From the human T2T-CHM13v2.0 reference genome, Homo sapiens, in assembly GCF_009914755.1 (NCBI RefSeq), contig NC_060929.1: a stretch of 64,000 nt of DNA; one strand, given 5' to 3'. Under the pieces are notes generated by a model. That model saw nothing but the letters and a program-made list of their open reading frames with translations. It did not search any database and was not told the DNA's origin. Numbering within the stretch: position 1 is the first letter of the stretch; every line of letters begins with the position of its first letter. Position numbers and translations under genes: made by a program. This document shows positions 1-18,566 of this stretch, piece after piece.

Positions 1-199
1 ATCATTTGTCAAAGAGAAAGAATATTCATTGTCAGTTCTATTTTTAATTTTATTCTCTATCCATTATTTGGCATGCCACAAAGCCAAACATTTAATTTTC
101 TTTCTCCTTCTTAGTCAACATTTTAGTGTGCTTTTTTTCTTCTACGCTCTGGACAGAAATTTTCTTGTGCTAATTATAGTGGTTAAAAGCACAGGCTAT

Positions 200-1006
200 G
201 GCAGCTGGGCACAGTGGCTCATTCCTTTAATCCCAGCACTTTGGGAGGCTGGGGCAGGAGGATCACTTGAGGCCAAGAGTTTGAGACTAGCCTAGAAAAC
301 ATGGCAACCCTGTCTCTAAAAGAATAACAAAATTTTGCTGGATGGGATGTAGTTCCAGCTACTCGGGAGGTGGAGGTGGGAGGATTGCTGAAACCCAGAA
401 GTACCAGGTTGCAGTGAGCTATGATCATTGCCACTATAGGCCAGCCTAGGCAACAGAGAGAGATCTTGTCTCAAATAAAAAAAAAAAAAAGAGCACAGGC
501 TGTGGATGGAAGTTAATTGACTGAATAATGAATCCCAACTCTGCCACTTAATATTTAGGTGTCCTTGGATGAAATTAACTTCTATGTTCCCTGGTCTCTT
601 CACCTGGAAAATGGTGTTGACAGTATCTACCATTTAAGGTTGCTATAAAACATTTAATGCAATGCCTGCACACAGGCATTCAATAAATGTTAACATTCAA
701 TAAATGTTAGCTGTAATTTTTTTTTTGAGACAGGATCTCACTCACTCAGGCTGGAGGGCAGTGGCGTAACTATGGCTCACCGTAGCCTCAACCCCTCAGG
801 CTCAAGTGATCCTCTTGCCTCAGCCTCCCGAGTAGCTCGGACTACAGGTGCACGCCACTATGGCCAGCTAATTAAAAAATTTTTTTTGTAGAGACAGGGT
901 CTTGCTATGTTGCCCAGGCTGATCTCAAACTCCTGGGCTCAAGCAATCCTCCTGCCTCGGCCTCCCAAAGTGTTAGAATCAAAAGCGTGAGCCACCATGC
1001 TCAGCA
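200..1006. mobile_element. AluJ (+, 200-490), MIR (~496-715), AluJ (-, 716-1006)
   Basis: Alu consensus matches with A/T tails; MIR core (aatcccaactctgccactta...ggcattcaataaatgtta). Confidence 0.85.
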
Positions 1007-1840
1007 GCTAAAATTTTTTACACTAACTGAAATGGATTGTTTCATACTCTCATTGTTTACTACACTGTTCAAAATAAACATTAGCAGAGAAATCAAGAAA
1101 TGCTGGATATAAGATATCACTATATAAAGTAAACTGACTTTGCTGATAGGGTTCTCTAAATCATCAATGTGACTGTGATATTAATATTTATTACCCTAAT
1201 GATGAACTGACTCCCTACTGGAGAAGTACTATTAACTTCAGATATTAGTAAACTAGTTTCATCAATTAATATCAGAATAGGTATAGTAAAATAATTTTCT
1301 CTTTAAATACAAGGATGTTATTTGATCCTTTGAAAATTCTGAAGTAAGGAATAGGGCACAAGAGATTTTAGGATAATAATTCAAAGGTATATGTGTATGT
1401 GTCCACAGGAATAAAAGCTAGTACTTTACTCACTCATTTTCTAGCATTAACAAAAGACAGGTTTAATTAGGGGAAAAAGTAAGACACTGAGTAGCAAACA
1501 CTGGAATGTAAACTTCATGAGAGGAGGGACTTTTGTCTGTTCATTATTATATCCCTAGAGCCTAGAACAGTTCCTGACACATAGTAGGCTTAATAAATGT
1601 GTTTAATGAATCATCCTCTTAGTGATCAATGTGCATCTCCATCAACATGACATCAGTTTAGTATCCCTGAAATCTAAATACATAAAGCTTTAGGTGATGT
1701 TCAAGTTTAACAGCATAACTGTTACCAAAGTTATATTAATGTTTATATTCACTTTCCCTGTAACGGCCATACTGGATTAAACTCATTGGCTCACAAGGGT
1801 TTATTTTTTAAAAATAAAGAAAAATTTCTAAGAAATTAAT

Positions 1841-2399
1841 TTCTTTTACAGGTTATAAATTTGTATAGCCTATATATTAATAACTAAAACAATAGATCTC
1901 TAAAACTAAGTTAAACTGAGAACTATGCTTCTAGACATCTGATATAATTAATAGTGATATAGGTTCTTGAAAATACTGATTATTCACAGGCAAATATGGA
2001 TACTGTAGATAAAATTGTGAATTGTATAATATGAACTAAATGTTGCCTAGCTCACATTAATACAACCTATTGCTTGGTTGTATTAATAAATAAATTGAAA
2101 AAGCTTCAATTTATTTTTCCATATTTAGTTACTAACCTCTGTTTATTACTAGAAAATGAATTCTTTTACAGGTTACAAATTTGTATAGCATATATATTAA
2201 TAACTAAAACAATAGATCTCTAAAACTAAGTTAAACTGAGAACTATGCTTCTAGACATCTGATATAATTAATAGTGATATAGATTCTTGAAAATACTGAT
2301 TATTCACAGGCAAATATGGATACTGTAGATAAAATTGTGAATTGTATAATATGAACTAAATGTTGCCTAGCTCACATTAATACAACCTATTGCTTGGTT
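1841..2399. repeat. Direct duplication of 239 bp (1841-2079 and 2161-2399) with an 81-bp spacer
   Basis: Copies differ at only 3 positions (1856/2176, 1870/2190, 1963/2283). Confidence 0.95.
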
Positions 2400-2586
2400 A
2401 CATTAACACAGCCTTTTTGGAGGTTCTTTTTTTTTTAAACACACTACCAACAATTTAGTAGCAGCTCAGTAAACATAATAATTTTCTACTAATCGTTTAC
2501 CTAAAATAAGGTCACATGTTCTACCTTAAATCCTTTTTGGAGCAAGGTGGAGAGTAAAGAAACAAACAACATCCCAAACTACTTAC

Positions 2587-2646
2587 CAGGGTTGCTATTA
2601 TTGGTACTCAGTATAGTGTCTGTGTCATTAATGTGATGAATAAAAT
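2587..2646 (-). CDS. SLC38A9: SLC38A9 coding exon (inferred exon 9), aa 233-252 [20 protein letters not shown] (luminal loop with N-glycosylation sequons NDT and NNS)
   Basis: Acceptor atttttag|AT; donor G|GTAAGT; 60 nt, phase 1 to 1. Confidence 0.95.
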
Positions 2647-2711
2647 CTAAAAATAAAGGAAAAAATATAGTTTAACACTGAATGAAAGACACTAAATCTA
2701 TTACCCTTTAA

Positions 2712-3017
<306 letters not shown>

Positions 3018-3875
3018 TATAAAAATCTTTTAATATCTGTGTAGTAATCTAGTACACTGAACAAAGACTACTTCACTGTTAACATAGCTTCACCTTCTAT
3101 AGTTTTCTTCACTTATGGGCATGATAATGTTAGTGTCTTCACAGTTCCACTGTGGAAAATCTTTACGCGTAAATTGAAGATTTCAAAAAAATCTATCCAC
3201 AACACTGAATTAATGATAGTTTAAAGCCCCGGAATAAAGATATGTATGTAAGTTTTCTCTTATCCTCACACTAAAGTTATATTTCACACAGAGTACAGTT
3301 CTAAAGTGTGCAAAAAGGGGAAACCAACACTCATACACAGCTGATCTTACCTGGAAAATCAAAGTTTTTTTTTTTTTTTTTACAAAGTACAATACATACT
3401 TTTATAGATCTAAGGCCATATACGAATTGTTATTTACATAAGAACCACTGAGTTAGACTAAAGGAAGTAACAAAGAACAAAGCACATGCAGATGGCTGAG
3501 CATTCATCATTCTACGGTGAAAGAGAGAACAGGCAGAGAATGTGTTTACTTGCCTCAGGGGGTTTACTTTATTCTGTTTGATATTAACCTTCTATAACCT
3601 GAGTAAGCATTAATAAAAGTATTTGTTGTGAAACTTGAATAAGATAGTAAAAGGTGCTGGGTTAGGTTTTAAGGTCATAAAAGTAAGTTAAATAGTTAAA
3701 TTATTCATCTTCACCGTATGTTTCTCAAGATAGAATAAAAGAAACAGTATAGTACTCTGGGTTTTTATAATATCTCCAAAGGTTGTTTATGATTTAAGAT
3801 TGGAATTTATGAATCTTTGTGTAATTTCTTGATGCCAAAGACTTACAGTAAGGCTAGTAAAATCTTGACACGAAG

Positions 3876-4620
3876 TGTACTGGGTTAAATAGCATTCCCC
3901 TTACCCCAAATTTATGTCCACTAGAAACCTCAGAATGTGACCTTATTTAAAAATAGAGTCTTTGTAGATACAATCAAGTTAAGATGAGGTCATAATAGAT
4001 TAGGGTGGGCCCTAAAGCCAATGACTGATGTCTTTTATTTTATTTTATTTTATTTTAATTTTTTTGAGACAGAATCTTGCTATCACCCAGGCTGGGGTAG
4101 AGTCGCATGACTGCAACCTCCACCTCCCAGGTTCAAGAAATTCTCCTGCCTCAGCCTCCCGAGTAGCTGGGATTACAGGTGCCTGCCACCACACCCACTG
4201 AATTTTTGTATTTTTAGTAGAGACAGGGTTTCACCATGTTGGCCAGGCTGGTCTCAAACTCCTGACCTCAGGTGATCTGCCTGCCTTGGCCTCCCAGAGT
4301 GCTGGGATTACAGGCATAAACCACCGCGCCCAGCCCAATTTATAGGAAGAGGGAAATTTGGACACAGACACACAAAGGGAAGAAGGCCATGTGAAGATGG
4401 AGGGAGAAACTGGAGTGATGTACCTACTTGCCAAGGAATGCCAAGGACCACCAGCAACCAACAAAGGTTAGGAAGAGGCAAGGAAGGATTCTTCCTTAGA
4501 GCCTTAGGAGGGACCAGGGCCCTGTTCACCCTTTGATTTCACATCTCTAGTCTCCATAGTTATGAAAGAAGAAATCTGTGTTGTTGTAAGCATATTTATG
4601 GTAATTTGTTACTGCACCCT
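3876..4620 (+). mobile_element. MLT1-type MaLR LTR split by an Alu (4033-4336, -)
   Basis: gaatgtgaccttatttaaaaatagagtctttgtagat...gaaggccatgtgaagatggag...gaagaggcaaggaaggattct. Confidence 0.8.
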
Positions 4621-5257
4621 TGGGAAACTAACACACCAAGGTTCATGGACAGCATGAAAAAGAAAAACCATAGGCCAATATTTGTTAGGAAAAGACACAA
4701 AAGATCTAAACAAATATTAGCTCCTACCCCTCCAAAAAAGCAAATTCAATCCAGTAAGGCATTTGAAAAATATGTCATGACTAATGAACTTATTTAAGTT
4801 TACCCCACAATACAAGGATGGTTTAAATTTTACAAAAAGCATTCATTTAATTCATCATATTGATAAAGGAGGAAATTTAATTAAGATAATCTCTTGATTG
4901 TCTCTTCATATCTTTTGATTATCTCGAGATGCAGAATAAATACTTGATAAAATTCAACCACTTTAATAAAAATGCTTAAGTAGACAATAGGCGGGAATGT
5001 CTTTAAATTATTAAAGGGTACAACTGATATCCCACAATAAACATAATATTTGTGAAACATCAGAAAGATTTGCTTATGAACAATATAAGGATATCTACAA
5101 GCACCGCTTCAATGCAACTTCACACTAAAAAAAAAACCATCAATATATACATATAGATACACATTTATACGTATGTCTGTGTACGTATATATAATTACAT
5201 ACGTATATAAATATAAATGTATGTATACATATATGAACTATTAAAAAAACTGGAAAG

Positions 5258-6304
<1,047 letters not shown>

Positions 6305-7040
6305 CATTCAAAATGTAATTAGGTTATAACAGCAACAAATAATTTGAATGTATAATCAAAAATTTATCATTACTTTCTGGGAAGATGGAAATGTTCTATT
6401 TCTTGAAGGAGGTGTATAGATGTATGTATGTATAATTAAGACTTGTTTATTTCAATGAATACATTCTATCTAAAAGAAGAACTATACATATACTAATAGC
6501 TGAACTAGGTGGGGAGTGGGAATAGCATGGATTATGTCTTCTTAATGGATGTTACTCTCAAGAAGCACAAAATTCATTCTCAGGGTGTGAAAGAAACTCT
6601 TCCTACAGATAAAGCATATATATGCATACAGTTCATAAAGAGATTTACAGTATATCTTTGGTATTAAAATTTCATGGGGGTGGTGATCAGAAAAAAATAT
6701 CTAAAAGGCTCCTTGAAGGGACAATAATGAAAAAATGGTTGAAAAACACTACTATAGATGATTTAAAAATGACAGAATGTTGATAACTGTTAAAACTAGG
6801 TAAGGAGAAATTATACTATTCTGTTTTTTGTATGTGTTTGAGATTTTTTATAATAAAACTGCATATTTGTATATTAGAACTACTGTTACAGAAAAAATGT
6901 TAAGATCCCGAGGAAAAAGTCCAAAAAAAAGATACACAAGATCTTTATCAAGAAAAACTTAAAAAAAAATTTTTTTAAAGACCTAAATAAACAAAGAACT
7001 ATGCCATGCCAAAGTCATGAGTAGGAAGACTCAGTATCTA

Positions 7041-7345
7041 GGCCGGGCGCAGTGGCTCACGCCTGTAATCCCAGCACTTTGGGAGGCCGAGGTGGGCGGA
7101 TCATGAGGTCAGGAGATCCAGACCATCCTGGCTAACACGGTGAAACTCCGTCTCTACTAAAAATACAAAAAAATTAGCCAGGCATGGTGGTGGGCGCCTG
7201 TAGTCCTAGCTGCTGGGGAGGATGAGGCAGGAGAATGGCGTGAACCCAGTAGGCGGAGCTTGCAGTGAGCCGAGATCTCGCCACGGCACTCCAGCCTGGG
7301 TGACAGAGCAAGACTCCGTCTCAAAAAAAAAAAAAAAAAAAAAAA
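7041..7345 (+). mobile_element. AluY with 18-bp TSD
   Basis: TSD aggaagactcagtatcta at 7023-7040 and 7345-7362; long pure A tail. Confidence 0.92.
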
Positions 7346-8264
7346 GGAAGACTCAGTATCTAAATGATATCAATTCTCTCCACATCAATAAATCCAGTGC
7401 AATGTCAATCAAATTCTAACTCAATACGCTACAATATCAATTACTATACGGTGTACCAACTGATAAAATCAATGCAATTCCAGTCAAGTTCTGATTGGAA
7501 TTTTGTGGAACTTGATTAGTTGATTCTAAAATGTATATGGAAGAGTTGTGAATCATAATGGAGAAAAACACTAATTTTAAAATAAAAAACTTTTGAATAA
7601 CACAGAGCTACCATATAAAAAGAGAAGACAAGCCACTAATTAGAAGATATTTGCAACACAATAATGGATAAATGGTTAGTATCCGAACTTTACAGAGTTC
7701 CTATAGGTAAGAAAAGGACCAACAACCCAATAGAAAAATGGGCAAAGGATATGAATAAGCTATTTAATGGTCAATATAATTAAGAAAAGATGATTAATGC
7801 CACTCCTTATGAGGAGAAATGCAAATTAAAACCACATCCTGATGGCAAAATTTAAGTCTGATAATACTGAGTGTGAGTGAGGATGTGGAACAAGGGTAAC
7901 TTTCATAAACTGTTGGCAGGAGTGTAAGTAGTACAAGCATGATAAAGAACAATTCTGCAATTTCAAGTAAGGTTGAAAATGTGAATATCTTAAATTCCAG
8001 AAATGTGTCTATAAGGTCCATAACTTGGAGAAATTCTCCCCCATGTATACAAGGCAACAGAAATAAGGATGTTTAATAAAGCCTTGCTTGTAATAGCACA
8101 ATAAGTGAAAACAAATTAAATGTTTATCAACGAGAACAGATAAAAAAGTTGTATATTCATATTACTAAATACTATAAGCAATCAGAATGAACTTTGTGTA
8201 TTAACAGAGATGATGAAAGACAGAAAGCAAGTTGCAAAAGCGTTTATGTAGATTAAAAACAAGC

Positions 8265-10020
<1,756 letters not shown>

Positions 10021-10563
10021 TTCATTAATTAAAAAAATGAACTTCCTCTATCTAACCTAAAAAAAATTATAAGAAGTATTTGGACTGATTTCTAAGACTC
10101 TCCTCAGAATTTAAGTAGCTGATTTGGGTAAATTATAATTCTGTGATATGTAAATATTAATAATATATTTATCACATAAATTCCATTATTCTTTGACTTC
10201 CTAATCTTATATCCTAACATGTTGAAAATAAGCGGCTGAAATTTGTTTTCCCTAGAGTCTACATACCAAATTCTTTAGTGAAACAAACTTAAAAGATCTG
10301 TTGGATTATAGACATATTTTATTTTAACTAAAGATTTTGGAGGAATATTATTCCTTCAAAGATTAATGTTTGGAAATAAGCATACACTATATTTGAGAGC
10401 ACAACCACAGAAAGCCAACTGAATAAAATATATTTTCCAAAATTATATATGTTACTTCTTATTTTATTTATCCCAAGTCCTAGAATTTAAGGCTAGAACT
10501 AACATTACAGTGGTAATAGTATTTGAAAGTACTGTGTTAAAAGCATATGATATAGATACTTAC

Positions 10564-10734
10564 TAAAAATAAACTTTCCAGTATTAAAAAGAAAATTTGA
10601 CATAAGCACCCAATAAACTATCATTGCTCCAATGAGAGACACCAAGGAGAAGAGGAGACTCGACCACTGCCCAAAGGAGCCGAAATAATGTCTGCAGACA
10701 TCTGGATATTCCCAGGTAGTGGTATCCAATGAAA
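10564..10734 (-). CDS. SLC38A9: SLC38A9 coding exon (inferred exon 8), aa 176-232 [57 protein letters not shown]
   Basis: Inside ORF 10505..10807. Acceptor ttttatctag|TT; donor A|GTAAGT; 171 nt, phase 1 to 1. Confidence 0.97.
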
Positions 10735-11133
10735 CTAGATAAAATAAGAGAAAGAATAAAACTAAATGTTGAACATATATTCCATATTCATAATTTGTGT
10801 TCCCCAAATAAACTCAAAATATTTGGCGAAAGATTATGGGTATTCTATCGCTAGACATTAGAATATATTATAAGATAATAAAATTAAAACATTATAGAAA
10901 AATAAAAGAAATGTAGATAAAATAGTACAGATAACCTGAGAAACAGATTATAGTATCATAACATTTTATAATTCATAAAAGCAAGTGATAAACTAAGGTT
11001 AGACAAATGCATCAGTAAGGGCCAGAAAATATTACTTAATATTTGGCATATTCAGATAACAACATTGCGGAAAGTTTCTTGAGTCACACTTTCTACCACA
11101 TGCCAATATAAATTTCAGAAAATTGAGTCAAAC

Positions 11134-14403
<3,270 letters not shown>

Positions 14404-15099
14404 TTCTCAAGACTTTTAAACAAATACTTGCCCAGTGACTAATAGGAGATCTGGTTAACATAAAGAAGGAAGCTGCTTAGTAGGCACAGAAAAAAACTGG
14501 AGGCAAAGTCTGGCCTGTTGATTCATACTTGCTAAGATTTAATGAAATAATGCATGTTTGTTTAGGTCCTAGACTACTTTAAAACAACCTAAAAAAGATA
14601 TTTCCCTGATCCAGAATTTGTAGATATGAGTAGAGGTAAGGTGTTCACACAACTTCAAATATTCATTACTAGGGAGTTGCTTACATTTTCATATTTTTCT
14701 AGTTATAATTTCTACTTTTAGCAGATTCTAACATTTAGATCTTTTGGTATGAATAGGTCAAAACAAGTCACCACTAACTGACAGGAAGCACAGAATTCTC
14801 AATTTAGTTTTGGCAAAGACATTATTTTATAAATATGAGTTTTTAAATGATTCTTATGAAGAAACTAGCACCAAAGTGAATGCACTCTGCAAATAACTCC
14901 CAGCTTCTCTGAATTTCAAAAGCAGCCACTAAATATTATTAGCAAATCAATTTAGCTGAAAGCGATGAATTACAGAAGTAAATCTTTAGGTACAAAGTAG
15001 ACAGCTGACACACATGTGGCATATACACACTAGTGATCTGCCTCAAAGGGAAATGCTTATTAATACCCATAATCTATTGTCACTGTGTCAAATTCTTAC

Positions 15100-15193
15100 A
15101 CATCATAGTCCGTGATTTCACTACTCTGTAGCAGCAATAAAGTGTTAAAAGGCCCATCAGTATGATGACACACATTCCAGTAGTAAATCCAGC
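15100..15193 (-). CDS. SLC38A9: SLC38A9 coding exon (inferred exon 7), aa 145-175 [31 protein letters not shown] (TM2)
   Basis: Acceptor ttttaaacag|GCT; donor T|GTAAGA; 94 nt, phase 0 to 1. Confidence 0.97.
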
Positions 15194-15428
15194 CTGTTTA
15201 AAAATAAAAGTATAAAACAGCATATATCATCATGTAAGCATAAATTCATATGCAATTATTTTACCCTAAACAATCATGATAAAAACTTGACAACTCATGA
15301 AAAACTAAATATAACCATCTATTTTCTTTAATGAATTTTATGTAGATTTATTAAAACCTCTGTTATAAAACTTACAATATAAAGAGAAAAACATTTAGGC
15401 AAAAAGTGTGCTGAAAAATTAGTATTAC

Positions 15429-15492
15429 CTGTTTTATGCCCCAAGGAATGCTTAGTATAGATGTTCCCATCATGGTATTCCAAATCATAAAA
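15429..15492 (-). CDS. SLC38A9: SLC38A9 coding exon (inferred exon 6), aa 123-144 [22 protein letters not shown] (TM1, GTS motif)
   Basis: Acceptor gttttcag|T; donor CAG|GTAATA; 64 nt, phase 2 to 0; APC/SLC38-family TM1 signature. Confidence 0.97.
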
Positions 15493-15629
15493 CTGAAAAC
15501 ACAGAGTAATAGCAGTAAAAAAATGGAGTTTCACTCTTCAAACATTTTAATTGAGATAAAAATTTAAAAAACCAGTAATTTTCATCCATATACAGTTTAA
15601 GTCATGCTCCAAAAAGCAGTTTCACTCAC

Positions 15630-15751
15630 ATGGTTACTAAACTGGTGTTTTTACCGTATCCTTCAGTGTAACTTTGAAGTTTATAAGCAGAGCCCAATGG
15701 ACTATACACATAGCACTCTTCTGGAGCTGGAACTACATGGTCTGGGGCAAT
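15630..15751 (-). CDS. SLC38A9: SLC38A9 coding exon (inferred exon 5), aa 83-122 [40 protein letters not shown]
   Basis: Acceptor tttttaccag|ATT; donor AT|GTGAGT; 122 nt, phase 0 to 2. Confidence 0.97.
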
Positions 15752-15771
15752 CTGGTAAAAAGGAAACATAG

Positions 15772-16136
<365 letters not shown>

Positions 16137-16163
16137 CTCTAGACACATTTTAACTATCATAAA

Positions 16164-16416
16164 CAAGTACTATGAATCCCTGATTAGTGAATTAAAAAAT
16201 GACTTTTCAAATATAGAAAATCTAACTAAAAAAGCAAAAGTTTTAAAAACCCAAAATAATTTTGGAATTTTCAGAAAACGAGTGTGGATGCAAGTACTAT
16301 GCATCCCTGATTAGTGAATTTAAAAATTATTTTTCAAATATAGAAAATCTAACTAAAAAAGCAAGAGTTTAAAAATCCAAAATAGTTTTGGGATTTTCAG
16401 AAAACGAGTGCGGATG
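16164..16416. repeat. Tandem duplication of ~127 bp (16164-16290, 16291-16416)
   Basis: caagtactatg.atccctgattagtgaatt...ttttcagaaaacgagtg.ggatg occurs twice head-to-tail, about 90% identical by eye. Confidence 0.92.
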
Positions 16417-17105
16417 TATACACACATTCATTAAGAATGGTTATATCATTGTTAATTTTACATCACTGTTTATATATTTTGACTTCCTAGACTCATCTCA
16501 GTGTCAGTTAACAAATGGCATTCAACTTTGGTGCACATGCTGACTCTATTTCCAGGCAAACAATATACATGCAGGTATAAACTTGCTCATCTGGGATCTT
16601 GGAGGTTTGTTTCCAAGAGCAGAGCCTCTAGAAGGTCTCAACTAGACCCAGAGATACAGGATTATCTCTACTCCTCCAAGGGCTTAAGTAATTCCATTAT
16701 GGAACTAAGACTTCGCCACAACTACTGATGTCAAGGCCTAAGGGGAAAAAGCCGAAAAAAAAATTGGGAAAAAAATTATCCTACCCAGAACATTTTGGAA
16801 ATCCCTATTTTGGCCATACAAGAGGAAATCTTAATATTTATTTCACATAGCTATTGTTTAGGCTTAAATGAGATAGCTACATTCCAGTGATGCCCAATCA
16901 CTGGTCCTTATTAAATGTTAATGAATGTTGGTTCTCTTCTTTTTATTAATAATACTAATTTCAAAATCCTGTTTTCTCCCAGAATGTTCTTATTTTCAGT
17001 TAAACTTGCAAGTTTCTGACTATCTCATATGCGGTAGTTTTTATAAACTACCAAATTACTTATATATTTTTTATCCTAAAATAGTAATAGAGATTTTTAG
17101 AAGAT

Positions 17106-17297
17106 CAAGGGTCAACAAACTCCGGCCCATAGGCCAAATCTGGTTTCAACCTGATTATTATACAGCCTCTTTCCTGAGAATGGTTTTTATAATTTTATAA
17201 ATTTTATAATTTATAATTTTGATGATCATAAACAAAATGAAGAATATCATGTGACCTCAAAGTCTAAGACATTTAGTATCTGGCTCTTTGACTCCTG
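17106..17297. mobile_element. MER58-type DNA transposon remnant
   Basis: caagggtcaacaaactccggcccataggccaaatctgg... Confidence 0.6.
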
Positions 17298-17371
17298 GTT
17301 TTGATCAATAAAAGAATAATGCTAAATAAGAAACTACTATATTTACGTGTACATATTTCAGTTTCCCATTC

Positions 17372-18022
17372 TTTTTTTTTTTTTTTTTTTTAAGAGATGG
17401 GGTCACATGGCCGGGCACAGTGGCTCACGCCTGTAATCCCAGCACTTTGGGAGCACAGTGGCTCACGCCTGTAATCCCAGCACCTCAGGGTGGGTGGGTC
17501 ACGAGGTCAGGAGTTCAAGACCAGCCTGGCCAACATGGTGAAACCGTGTCTCTACTCAAAATACAAAAATGAGCCAGGCGTGGTGGCGCACACCTGTAAC
17601 CCCAGCTACTCAGGAGGCTGAGGCAGGAGAATGGCTGGAACCCAGGAGGCAGAGGTTGTGGTGAGCCGAGATTGCGCCACTGCACTCCAGCCTGGGTGAT
17701 AGAGCGACACTCCATCTCAAAAAAAAAGAGATGGGTCACACTCTTTTGCTCAGTCTGGGTGGGAAGCAGTGGCACAATCACAGCTCACTGCATCCTCAAG
17801 GGATCCATCCTGGGCTCAAGGGATCCTCCTGTCTCAGCCTCCCAAGTAGCTGGAACTATAGGTGCGAGCCATCATGCTTGGCTAATTAAAAAAATTTTTT
17901 TTTGTAGAGACAGGGTTTCACCATCTTCTCCAGGCTGGTCTTGAACCCCTGGGCTCAAGTGATCCTCTTGCCTTGGCCTCCCAAAATGCTGAGATTACAG
18001 GAGTGAGTCACTGTGCTTGGCC
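17372..18022. mobile_element. AluS (+, 17409-17727) inserted into an AluJ (-)
   Basis: TSD-like aagagatgg(g)gtcaca on both sides of the inner Alu. Confidence 0.85.
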
Positions 18023-18433
18023 AGTTTCCCATTCTTGTAGAAAATTTCTAAAAAAATATTTCCCTTACAGCTTCAAAGTTAAAATTGTCCACACTAAGCA
18101 GAACATGTTATTATTTGCTATTAGTCAATGGCCTAACTTGCCATTTCAAAAGTAATTTATCCTCCTCAGAGATTTGGGGAATGGGGATCAGGAGAATTTA
18201 ATCCAAAAAAATCTCCAGGTTGTTGTCAACATAGAAACATTGTTTCAAATTTAGATAAGAATGAACTGGCCTGAGATGTAGGATGTGTGTTAATTACTAT
18301 CTTTGACTTTGCATGATGCTGTCCTTGAAATACAGTCAGAAAGAAGTTCAATCACTGGGAGGTGCCCTGGCTTATATTGTTCACTGTTCATTTCAACTGA
18401 ATTTTAGACTATTAGTAATGTTTTGTCTCTTAC

Positions 18434-18566
18434 CAGTGCCTTGTCTGCAGGAGTGGTGAGCCGGCTGTAGTAATGAATTCTCTTGTTCATGGCAGAGGCA
18501 TGGTCACTAACCCTCTGAATGACATGATTCACATTCACGATGTTTGTGGGCTCTATACAGAAAGGC
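18434..18566 (-). CDS. SLC38A9: SLC38A9 coding exon (inferred exon 4), aa 38-82 [45 protein letters not shown], in the cytosolic Rag/Ragulator-binding N-terminus
   Basis: ORF 18404..18607 contains the peptide. Acceptor ccctttgtag|G; donor CTG|GTAAGA; 133 nt, phase 2 to 0, matching the previous exon. Confidence 0.97.

Noticed and set aside
10505-10807. ORF-track start and stop for the SLC38A9-matching ORFs (also 18404..18607)
   Set aside because: The ends run into introns; the true coding limits are the splice sites listed.
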